This document shows, one piece after another, positions 12,712 to 28,141 of a DNA stretch of 64,000 nucleotides; within the stretch, counting starts at the first letter, position 1; each line of letters starts with the position of its first letter. The DNA comes from Octopus vulgaris. Lineage: Eukaryota. Below the pieces are notes generated by a model. The model ran no database searches. It saw only the letters and a program-made list of their open reading frames with translations, and was not told the origin of the DNA. The stretch lies in assembly GCA_951406725.2 (NCBI GenBank), contig OX597837.1:496001-560000 (forward strand). Direction: 5' to 3'. A program made the position numbers and the translations under genes.

Positions 12712-13194
12712 GAATTCAAAATATATCATGAATGAACAAAACCAACATACCAGGCGGAACCAGACAGACAACCGTCGCCTCCATTGCAGCATATGAAAAT
12801 GTTTACCCCTCATATATTTATGTAAATGGCGGGCTTTTTCGAATTGCATTTCGGTGAGAAACGTGCTTCTTCGGAACAAATTTAAAAATAGGATAAAATC
12901 TTAATAAGAAATTATCAGGTAGTTAGCGTGAAAAACCTCATAAGAGAAAAAATCTGTAAATTTTTTCACTAGGAGGGACTTTTATGAGGTTTTTCACGCT
13001 AACTACCTGATAATTTCTTATTAAGATTTTATCCTATTTTTAAATTTGTTCCGAAGAAGAACGTTTCTTACCGAAAAGCAATTCGAAAAAGCCCGCCATT
13101 TACATAAATATATGAGGGGTGAACATTTTCATATGCTACGATATGGTTCCGCCTGGTATGTTGGTTTTGTTCATTCATGATATATTTTGAATTC

Positions 13195-13258
13195 GTTTCA
13201 CTGAAGAGCAAGAGACGTAGATAATACGTTAATTGAGAAATCCCAGGTGATCTGGAAC
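13195..13258 (+). ncRNA. Type I HHR, damaged copy
   Basis: Same motif as 12648-12711, but TTGC>TTGA breaks the stem II closing pair and TCAC>TCCC weakens stem III. Confidence 0.7.
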
Positions 13259-13402
13259 TAAATTCTGTTTTTAAATGTCTCGCTTCCAGAATTGTATTCG
13301 GTACGATTTGTTAATTTTTGGTAGTTATGACTTTAAAAGTCCCTACTAGCGTGTGGCATTTATGTGTAATAATGCCCTCTATATAATATAAATATATATA
13401 TA

Positions 13403-13800
13403 TTACTCTTTAACTCTTTTACTTGTCTCAGTCATTTGACTGCGGCCATGCTGGAGCACCGCCTTTAGTCGAGCAACTCGACCCCGGGACTTATTCTTTT
13501 GTAAGCCCAGAACTTATTCTATCGGTGTCTTTTTGCCGAACCGCTAAGTGACGGGGACGTAAACACACCAGCATCGGTTGTCAAGCAATGCTAGGGGGAC
13601 AAACACACACACATACATATATATATATACATATATACGACAGGCTTCTTTCAGTTTCCGTCTACCAAATCCACTCACAAGGCATTGGTCAGCCCGGGGC
13701 TATAGCAGAAGACACTTGCCCAAGATGCCACGCAGTGGGACTGAACCCGGAAGCATGTGGTTGGTTAGCAAGCTACTTACCACACAGTCACTTCTGCGCC

Positions 13801-13801
<1 letters not shown>
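13403..13801 (-). mobile_element. tRNA-derived SINE family A, full length
   Basis: Colinear with 9246-9750; B-box-like ggttcagtccc on the minus strand. Confidence 0.85.
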
Positions 13802-13834
<33 letters not shown>

Positions 13835-14097
13835 CAATTAAGGACAACTACTTAATAAGGAAAACTTAACAAGAAATTGTCAGGTAGATAGCGTAAAAAC
13901 CTCATAAGAGAAAAAATTTCGAAAATAATTATTTCTTATTGAACATATTAATTTATATATAGAGGGCATTATACATACATGCCAGAAGGCATTATACATA
14001 CATGCCAAACGCTAAGAGGGACAATTAGTCATTTCTACCAAAAATATTACTAATCCCACCGAATGCAATTTTTCAAAGTAAGACATTTAAAAAATAT

Positions 14098-14145
14098 AGA
14101 CCTGTATCACAGTGATTTCATACTTACGTACTCATCAGCAGGCCT
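14098..14145 (-). ncRNA. Type I hammerhead ribozyme (identical copies at 14578-14625 and 15058-15105)
   Basis: aggcctg CTGATGA GTAC gtaa GTAT GAAA TCAC t GTGA TA caggtct. Confidence 0.85.
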
Positions 14146-15287
14146 GAATGCATTATAAATAAACAACGACCCTGCCCCGCTTAAGTCGATCAGCTAACTG
14201 TTCAACATCAACGAAGCACATGGGTGAGTTTACATATATTACATCCGGTCAAATGGCAAACTTTTACGAATTGCATTTCGGGAGAGGAAAAGTTTTTTCG
14301 GAATAAAAATTTAGCAATTAAGGACAACTACTTAATAAGGAAAACTTAACAAGAAATTGTCAGGTAGATAGCGTAAAAACCTCATAAGAGAAAAAATTTC
14401 GAAAATAATTATTTCTTATTGAACATATTAATTTATATATAGAGGGCATTATACATACATGCCAGAAGGCATTATACATACATGCCAAACGCTAAGAGGG
14501 ACAATTAGTCATTTCTACCAAAAATATTACTAATCCCACCGAATGCAATTTTTCAAAGTAAGACATTTAAAAAATATAGACCTGTATCACAGTGATTTCA
14601 TACTTACGTACTCATCAGCAGGCCTGAATGCATTATAAATAAACAACGACCCTGCCCCGCTTAAGTCGATCAGCTAACTGTTCAACATCAACGAAGCACA
14701 TGGGTGAGTTTACATATATTACATCCGGTCAAATGGCAAACTTTTACGAATTGCATTTCGGGAGAGGAAAAGTTTTTTCGGAATAAAAATTTAGCAATTA
14801 AGGACAACTACTTAATAAGGAAAACTTAACAAGAAATTGTCAGGTAGATAGCGTAAAAACCTCATAAGAGAAAAAATTTCGAAAATAATTATTTCTTATT
14901 GAACATATTAATTTATATATAGAGGGCATTATACATACATGCCAGAAGGCATTATACATACATGCCAAACGCTAAGAGGGACAATTAGTCATTTCTACCA
15001 AAAATATTACTAATCCCACCGAATGCAATTTTTCAAAGTAAGACATTTAAAAAATATAGACCTGTATCACAGTGATTTCATACTTACGTACTCATCAGCA
15101 GGCCTGAATGCATTATAAATAAACTTTTATTCCGAAAAAACTTTTCCTCTCCCGAAATGCAATTCGTAAAAGTTTGCCATTTGACCGGATGTAATATATG
15201 TAAACTCACCCATGTGCTTCGTTGATGTTGAACAGTTAGCTGATCGACTTAAGCGGGGCAGGGTCGTTGTTTATTTATAATGCATTC

Positions 15288-15335
15288 AGGCCTGCTGATG
15301 AGTACGTAAGTATGAAATCACTGTGATACAGGTCT
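15288..15335 (+). ncRNA. Type I hammerhead ribozyme (identical copies at 15767-15814, 16247-16294, 16727-16774)
   Basis: 7-bp stem I aggcctg/caggtct, CUGAUGA core, stem II with GUAA tetraloop, GAAA, stem III, AUA triplet; predicted cut after 15328. Confidence 0.85.
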
Positions 15336-16907
15336 ATATTTTTTAAATGTCTTACTTTGAAAAATTGCATTCGGTGGGATTAGTAATATTTTTGGTAGAA
15401 ATGACTAATTGTCCCTCTTAGCGTTTGGCATGTATGTATAATGCCTTCTGGCATGTATGTATAATGCCCTCTATATATAAATTAATATGTTCAATAAGAA
15501 ATAATTATTTTCGAAATTTTTCTCTTATGAGGTTTTTACGCTATCTACCTGACAATTTCTTGTTAAGTTTTCCTTATTAAGTAGTTGTCCTTAATTGCTA
15601 AATTTTTATTCCGAAAAAACTTTTCCTCTCCCGAAATGCAATTCGTAAAAGTTTGCCATTTGACCGGATGTAATATATGTAAACTCACCCATGTGCTTCG
15701 TTGATGTTGAACAGTTAGCTGATCGACTTAAGCGGGGCAGGGTCGTTGTTTATTTATAATGCATTCAGGCCTGCTGATGAGTACGTAAGTATGAAATCAC
15801 TGTGATACAGGTCTATATTTTTTAAATGTCTTACTTTGAAAAATTGCATTCGGTGGGATTAGTAATATTTTTGGTAGAAATGACTAATTGTCCCTCTTAG
15901 CGTTTGGCATGTATGTATAATGCCTTCTGGCATGTATGTATAATGCCCTCTATATATAAATTAATATGTTCAATAAGAAATAATTATTTTCGAAATTTTT
16001 TCTCTTATGAGGTTTTTACGCTATCTACCTGACAATTTCTTGTTAAGTTTTCCTTATTAAGTAGTTGTCCTTAATTGCTAAATTTTTATTCCGAAAAAAC
16101 TTTTCCTCTCCCGAAATGCAATTCGTAAAAGTTTGCCATTTGACCGGATGTAATATATGTAAACTCACCCATGTGCTTCGTTGATGTTGAACAGTTAGCT
16201 GATCGACTTAAGCGGGGCAGGGTCGTTGTTTATTTATAATGCATTCAGGCCTGCTGATGAGTACGTAAGTATGAAATCACTGTGATACAGGTCTATATTT
16301 TTTAAATGTCTTACTTTGAAAAATTGCATTCGGTGGGATTAGTAATATTTTTGGTAGAAATGACTAATTGTCCCTCTTAGCGTTTGGCATGTATGTATAA
16401 TGCCTTCTGGCATGTATGTATAATGCCCTCTATATATAAATTAATATGTTCAATAAGAAATAATTATTTTCGAAATTTTTTCTCTTATGAGGTTTTTACG
16501 CTATCTACCTGACAATTTCTTGTTAAGTTTTCCTTATTAAGTAGTTGTCCTTAATTGCTAAATTTTTATTCCGAAAAAACTTTTCCTCTCCCGAAATGCA
16601 ATTCGTAAAAGTTTGCCATTTGACCGGATGTAATATATGTAAACTCACCCATGTGCTTCGTTGATGTTGAACAGTTAGATGATCGACTTAAGCGGGGCAG
16701 GGTCGTTGTTTATTTATAATGCATTCAGGCCTGCTGATGAGTACGTAAGTATGAAATCACTGTGATACAGGTCTATATTTTTTAAATGTCTTACTTTGAA
16801 AAATTGCATTCGGTGGGATTAGTAATATTTTTGGTAGAAATGACTAATTGTCCCTCTTAGCGTTTGGCATGTATGTATAATGCCTTCTGGCATGTATGTA
16901 TAATGCC

Positions 16908-16974
<67 letters not shown>

Positions 16975-16976
<2 letters not shown>

Positions 16977-17185
16977 TAAATCCCAAACAACGAAGAACAA
17001 ACACATGAACAAACACATGAAAAAAACAACAAGGCGAGGACGTGGTAGGTGCAAAGTATTAGCAGACGCTCAGGGAAGGAAAGAAAGGTGGTTTTACGTT
17101 TCGAGCAAAGCTCTTCTTCAGAAACAGGAGACAGAAGAAATTCCAAGAGAAAAGGAAAACGGAGAAAAAAATCGCCAATTATTCA
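16975..17185 (-). mobile_element. PLE pLTR remnant with intact minimal HHR (17091-17125)
   Basis: Minus strand: gttt CTGAAGA a GAGC ttt GCTC GAAA CGTA aaac; homologous to 56700-56907. Confidence 0.8.
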
Positions 17186-17780
17186 TATGTGAGTGTCTTT
17201 GTGTCTGTGTTTGTCTCCCACCAAGTTAGCAATTCGGCAAAAGAAACCGACATAATAAGTACTAGGTTTACAAAGAATAAGTTCGGAGTCGATTTCTTCA
17301 ACTAAAACCCTTTAAGGCGATGCTCTAGCGTGGCTGCAATCTGATTTCTGAAACAAGCAAAGAAGAAAAGAAAAGAAGGAATTAAACTTTAGGAGAAATA
17401 TTTCTATAATATTTAAATATTTAAATTTAATTTGTCTGATGTATACCTTATTGTGCATTAATGGTCGTATAGGCAGCATATTTCGGAACCGCTTGAATCG
17501 AGATTCCGTCCCTCGGCGTAACACTTGGTCGAGTCTTGCCTACTGTAGACTTTGGGTATAACAAACTCTCGCGAGTGGATTTGGTTGGCGGAAACTGAAA
17601 GAAGCTCACCGTGTATACATATTGAAGAACTTTGGTCGAACGAATCGACACCAGTACATTGTATTTTGTAAGCCTGCTACTTATTCTATCGGTGTCACTT
17701 GCCGAACCGCTAAGTTACGAGGATATACAAATAACATCACCGGCTGTCAAGCTGCGGTGGTGCGAGACGGACACACACTC
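17186..17780. mobile_element. Cluster of SINE family A fragments in both orientations
   Basis: Tail fragment on + at 17186-17375, head fragment on + at ~17480-17615, body fragment on - at ~17630-17775 (gccgaaccgctaagttacg). Confidence 0.65.
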
Positions 17781-18619
17781 ACACATACGCACACACACAC
17801 ACGCACACACAGACATACATACACGCACACACACATATACATACACACGCATACACACATTTCTGTTCGCCATCCACCTATGGCTATAATAAACTCCTTT
17901 CTCAATCTCTCTCTTTCCCCTATTCTCTCTTTCTCTCTCTCTTCCTCTTTCTCTTTCTCTCTCTCACACACACACACACACTCTAACAAGATGTTTCTCT
18001 TTTTTTCTGCGTATTCTATTTTGGGACACAAAGCTCATTATTAAGAGAAAGTCTCTCGCCTTCCCCCTCTCTCAGTCTCTCTGTCTCTCACTCTTCCTTC
18101 CTCCTCACCTCTGTTTTTCCCTCATTCCATTATTGCTCTGTTTCCTCTCCTCTTACTTATTCGCTTAATCTCTCTTCCTCTCCCACGCACACACTCCAAC
18201 GGCACAAACACACACGAACCTGTAGACAAACACAAACACAAACACATGCATACAAACATACGCACACACACACACACACGCTCATGCACGCACACGAACG
18301 CATGGACAAATACAAACACACACACACACACATCGACACGCATACGCACACAGCAACTCGCAGAAAAGCGAAACTTTAATAAAGTTTCTCGTTCTGATTT
18401 CGATCTCCCCCCACCTTACCCTTGTCTATCAAGGGCCACCTTCTGTGTGTTTGGCCTGACCATTCGTCCAAGACAGGAACTATTAAAGCAGGAACTCCCT
18501 GCCAACACTGAAAGCTAATGTTCTTCCGATTCTGAGATCACTATTAGAAACATTGGTAAACTCTAAGACAGAACCATCTCGACGGTTCCACCATTTAAAC
18601 AGTTGATATTTCGGGATGG

Positions 18620-19380
18620 TAGCAGGAGGGCGTCGGTGGTGGTGGAAGAGGTGGTACTGGAGATGGCGTTGTTGACGCGGGATAGAGAGGGTGGTAGTGG
18701 TGGCCTTGATGGTTACAGAAGGAGTCTTACTGGTGTTGGCGGTGGTGGTATTGTAGAGTTGATGGTGGCGGCGTTGACGGTGGCGGCGTTGATGGTGGCG
18801 GCGTTGATGATGGAAGCGTTGATGGTGGCGGCATTGATGATGGTGGCGATGATGGTGGAGGTGTTGGTGGTGGTGCTGATGGTTGTGCGGGTGGTGTTGG
18901 TGATAGGAATGCTGTTAGCGGTGGGGAGGGTGGCAGTAGAGGCTTTTTTTAATGTGGGTGATGGTGGTAGCAGAGGGAGGTAGTAGTTGTGTTGCTGGTG
19001 ATGGGCATGGTGATGGTGGTAGTAGTGAGGGTGGTAGTGGTGATGGGGGTGGTAGTGATGGAACCCGTCATATAGTGGTGGTGGTAGAGGGGATGATAGT
19101 AATATTAGTGATGATGATAATGATGATGGTGGTGACGGCGATGATTAATTTTCGTGTTTAACTGATCTATACTCTTCTATAATGGATGTCTAATTTGGTT
19201 CGTGAAGCTAGAAGACGGGTTGGCTGTCAGAAGTGATGGTCATGATGGTGGCGGTAATTTGGTGGGGTCTGTGGTAATAGAGATGATGATGGTGGTGGCA
19301 TCATTGAAATCACTAGTAGTAGTAGTAGTAGTTGTGGTGGTAGTGGTGGTCGTGACGGTGACGTGGTCGGAGGTAAATAT
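18620..19380. repeat. Degenerate (GGT/GAT)n low-complexity tract
   Basis: Trinucleotide-rich; includes a 15-nt tandem gttgatggtggcggc. Confidence 0.85.
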
Positions 19381-19691
19381 AGCGACTGTTGTTGTGTCCG
19401 AAGTTGATGGAAGACGATGGATCCTGGAGAGAAGGAAAGAGGAAGAACTCCAACACGGAGAAGATCTTTAAAGTCAGGCATAAAGCCAAGGGAAGTAACC
19501 GAAATAAAACATCACTGACACATATAGATACACACATATATATACACACACACACATATCTATACACAGAGACACAAACGCTTGCACACGCATGGTCATA
19601 CATGCACACACGCACATTCACACACAGATATATATGTACATAATAAATACATACATTTATGTATATATATATACATGTATGGAAGTATTGC

Positions 19692-20062
<371 letters not shown>

Positions 20063-20534
20063 ATATGTGCATGATCTTCTGCTCTCTGCGTCTATAATTC
20101 TATTCATATCTAGTGAAGGAAATATTGGGATGATTTGACCCTCTTTGGAAAATAAATTGATTTCACAGCATCAACAGGAGCAACAACAGCAACAACAAGA
20201 AGAGCAATAATGATTTCTAATTTAGGCTCAAGGCCAGCCATTTTTGTGGGAAGCGGTGTCAGACGATGCCCTTGACCTCAATATTAGACGGGTACTTTAT
20301 ACTAATGACCCCGGAGAAATGAAAGCAAAAGTTGGACCTTAATGAAACTTTCACAGCCAACAAGTGTATGTAAAAGAGTGCTGAATGTATCATACAGACG
20401 GGATTACAAAACATGGATACTCGGAGATATACCTTCAGCTCTCTCTCTCTCACTCTCACTCTCTCTCTTTCTCTATCTTACACTCTACGTGCATTCATAC
20501 ATGTGTATGTGTGTAATCATGTTATACACAGTTA

Positions 20535-20716
20535 CATTATTGGTTTCAAGTTTGAGCACGAGGCCAGCAATTTAGGAGGAGACTTGATTATACGATCCCA
20601 GCGCGTAAGTGATACCTATTTTTATCAATCCTGAAAGGATGAAGGCGGAGTCGACCTCGGCGGAATTTGAACTCAGAATTTTACACGGCGTGCTAACGAT
20701 TTTGCCAACTCACTGA
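20535..20716 (-). mobile_element. tRNA-derived SINE family B, decayed (another piece at ~20212-20350)
   Basis: Minus-strand ttctgagttcaaattccgccgaggtcgact...ttcatcctttc matches 52687-52902. Confidence 0.7.
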
Positions 20717-20744
20717 CTTGCTGCTGCTGCTGCTACTGCTACTG

Positions 20745-20793
<49 letters not shown>

Positions 20794-20807
20794 CAATAAT
20801 AATAATG

Positions 20808-20868
<61 letters not shown>

Positions 20869-20919
20869 CAACAACAATAATAATAATGATAATAATAATT
20901 TTAATAAACTTCTAATTTA

Positions 20920-21084
20920 GTTATGTTTTCACAGACATTTCACAGACATTTCATAGACAATATTCTGTGCAAAACCCAAAAGTATGGTACTCTAGTCATA
21001 ACACGAACTTGAACTTTTAACTTCTCTCTTGAGCTTTTCAGATGAGTCCTGGAGTCAACTTGTACAAATACAAAACAAAACCAA

Positions 21085-21088
<4 letters not shown>
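20920..21088 (+). mobile_element. R4/Dong-like 3' UTR fragment
   Basis: tctcttgag...tgag..ctggagtcaacttgtaca resembles 24130-24196; followed by (AAT)n. Confidence 0.55.
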
Positions 21089-21810
<722 letters not shown>

Positions 21811-22186
21811 TGCCAAGTAATCGACGTTGCAGTGCCAGGGGATCATCATGAAAGAAAGAGAAAAAGTTGATAAATATGGAGACCTGAGAATTGAGATCGC
21901 TAAGATGTGGCAGGTATGAGAGTCGAACAACAGGGTTATCTCTATTGTCATCGGAGCATTGCGTTCAATACCACCCAATCTGGAAAAAAAAACGTCTGAA
22001 AACCTTAAACATACCATACACTCTAGATGTACTTCAAAAGTCGACATTACTTGGAACTGCAGGCATATTGCGTAAAGTACTGTTTGTCTGAGGTCCTTGT
22101 TGTGACTCGACAAACAGTACAAAGCTCCGGCAGATACAATATCTACAATCAGCAACCTCATTATATTGTATACTGTGTGACGTCTA
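21811..22186 (+). mobile_element. R4/Dong-like 3' fragment
   Basis: KEREKVDKYGDLRIEIAKMW...IVIGAL...LQKSTLLGTAGILRKVL (REL endonuclease C-terminus), bounded by (AAT)n. Confidence 0.75.
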
Positions 22187-22188
22187 TC

Positions 22189-25510
<3,322 letters not shown>

Positions 25511-25680
25511 CAGCGTGTATGTATATATATATATATATATCTGTACGCACACACACACACACATGCACACATACACACACACACATACACAAGGACGAAA
25601 CCCTGCTTTGGTGTAAAGTAGAACGCTTTTGCGTACAATAGCAGCACTACCAACTGATTATTGTTGTAGCCTTTTATTAA

Positions 25681-25716
<36 letters not shown>

Positions 25717-26119
25717 TGTATGTATGTATGTATGTATGTATGTATGTATCTATCTATCTATCTATATATGTATATATATATATACACATATACATATACA
25801 TACATATATATGTATGTATGTATGTATACATGCATCAACAGATACAAGCTGTCATGGTAACTTGTATACATATTATAGATATATGCATACATATACGTAT
25901 ATATGTGTATATATATGTATATATATACATATATATACGCATATATATGTATATATATACATATATATATACACATATTTACACACACATATATATATAT
26001 ACATATATATACATGTGTATATATATGTATATACATATATATACATGTGTATATATATGTATATACATATATATACATGTGTATATATATGTATATATAT
26101 ACATATATATATATACACG

Positions 26120-26234
<115 letters not shown>

Positions 26235-26948
26235 CATATATATATACATACACACACACGCACGCACACACACATATATATATTCACACATATATTCTGG
26301 TCTAACAGTTTACACACGACACCTTCGTCTCGATTTGAAAGTATTATTAAGTTGCTTTAAGGGACATAACTCAGTATGACAAGGCGCCATATTATTCAAC
26401 ACACACACACAATCCCACCATTACACATCACTTGTTATGAACTAACTACATTAAACTACGTTTCATATTTGAGACAAGTAATAATCTTTATCCTTTCTCA
26501 GCTCTTGTTATCACATCGTATATTCTAATCTTAATCATAAGCCGCTCGACATCTCCATGAACCAGTCAACTTATGTACAAAATAAAGATTTAATCATAAG
26601 AGAAACATTTTCTTTGCTTTCCGTGTCTTTTCTTTTTTTTCTTCTTATTTATTCGTGTTTGTATAATTTGTTTCTTCTTCTTTTTCTTCTGGTACCCTAT
26701 CATCACGTACCTTCTGGAATGGATATATACTTCTCCTGTTTCAGGCATTAACCCTTTACAGAATGAAATATGGTGCTTGGTCAATATTTAATCTGGTGCT
26801 GTTAATCTCTCCGTTCCACTAACGCACTGCGGATTACTGTATTGTTTCAACAGAGAATTACGTGAAAACCAGACCAAAGCAAAACCAAAGCCTGCTCAAC
26901 CAAACATTTACCCTTCGCTTACCAATATCTGTATGGATTTCTCTTTCT

Positions 26949-26982
<34 letters not shown>

Positions 26983-27304
26983 CCTCACTCACTCTCTCAT
27001 CGAGATGTACGTCTTTCACTCTTACTAGCATGTTTTTCACCACTTTCTCCAACTAATCTCTCTCTCTCGGCAATAGTTAGTCGCTCTTGAACACACAAAT
27101 ATTTATCGCTCTCTCTCTCTCTCTCCCTCCATCTCCCACTCTCTCCTCTCTCTCTCATATTATCCTGTACGTCTCTTTTTCCTTGTTAGTATTATGTATA
27201 TCTTCTCTCTCTCTCTCTCTCTTAGCCTTAAGTCTGTCTCACTCTGACTGTCTATTTCTCTCTGTCTGTTAGGCTGAATAGCTCTCATTCTCTATCACTT
27301 AGCC

Positions 27305-27355
<51 letters not shown>

Positions 27356-27706
27356 ACGCTCTCTCCTCTCCCTCTCTCTCTAAAGTTGTGCTTATCCGAT
27401 TGCTTAACTAGTTGACCTCCTGACCTCTTACGGTCAATTTTCCTGTAAATTTTGGCTGATTTAGAAAATGTTTGGAGAAATATTGAGTTATGAAAGAGAA
27501 AATAAAAGAAAATAAGAGAAGCCAAAGGAAGAAAGAGGGAGGTGAGAGAGAGAAAGAGAAAGAGGAGAAAAACCAATTTAATATTTAAATATTTACTTAT
27601 TTATGTTGTATGTAAATCTACATCTCTTTCTCTCTGTCTGTTTGTCTGTCTGTCTGTCTGTTTGTCTCCCCCCTCTCTCTCTCTCTCTACACACACACAC
27701 ACGCAT

Positions 27707-27764
<58 letters not shown>

Positions 27765-27769
<5 letters not shown>

Positions 27770-28100
27770 TGCAGCGTGGAAGGTGTTTATAAGCCATTTA
27801 AGAAACACACAACAGCCGTTCGATTCACTCCAACATTTAAGTTTAATTTGTCAAAATATTTTCGTCGCTAAAATCCGCGACCTGTTCACTGACAAAAATC
27901 CGTGCTGCACGGATTTTTGTCAGTGAACAGGTCGCGGATTTTAGCGACGAAAATATTTTGACAAATTAAACTTAAATGTTGGAGTGAATCGAACGGCTGT
28001 TGTGTGTTTCTTAAATGGCTTATAAACACCTTCCACGCTGCAATTGTTTTCGTTTCAGCACACAATCTCAGATCAAATTACTTGCTATGCGAGTACATCT

Positions 28101-28102
<2 letters not shown>
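27765..28102. mobile_element. TA-flanked fold-back element: perfect 141-bp palindrome (centre 27906) plus 55-bp extension
   Basis: 27765-27905 is the reverse complement of 27907-28047. Confidence 0.9.
27916..27965 (+). ncRNA. HHR variant with G3:C8 core (mirror copy at 27847-27896, minus)
   Basis: tttgtca GTGAACA g GTCGC ggatttta GCGAC GAAA ATAT TT tgacaaa. Confidence 0.65.

Positions 28103-28140
<38 letters not shown>

Positions 28141-28141
<1 letters not shown>

Larger units (their letters stand above)
12401..13395. mobile_element. HHR-containing ~469-bp-unit element: 1.2 tandem units plus an inverted copy; sister family of the 480-bp array
   Basis: ttcggaacaaa recurs at 12401 and 12870; ~12980-13395 is inverted; shares caggtag-tagcgt-aaaacctcataagagaaaaaat and gaatgcaatt with the 480-bp unit; flanked by TA repeats. 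Confidence 0.85.
13832..16907. repeat. Retrozyme-like array of 480-bp HHR units: ~2.7 units, then ~3.7 inverted units
   Basis: agcaattaagg at 13833, 14313 and 14793; inversion at 15124/15125; inverted units start at 15125, 15604, 16084 and 16564; (TA)n on both flanks; no ORF called within the units. Confidence 0.95.

Noticed and set aside
13720-13801. tRNA gene
   Set aside because: A/B-box-like head continues into a SINE body; no cloverleaf acceptor stem or terminator
13832-16907. CRISPR array or classical satellite DNA
   Set aside because: No repeat-spacer alternation and the context is eukaryotic; low copy number, internal inversion and a ribozyme fit a retro-inserted element better
18360-18600. 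Possible minus-strand exon ending at a GTAAGG donor near 18415, plus a small palindrome at 18370-18388
   Set aside because: The frames I read contain stops and no recognisable protein; the hairpin is short enough to arise by chance
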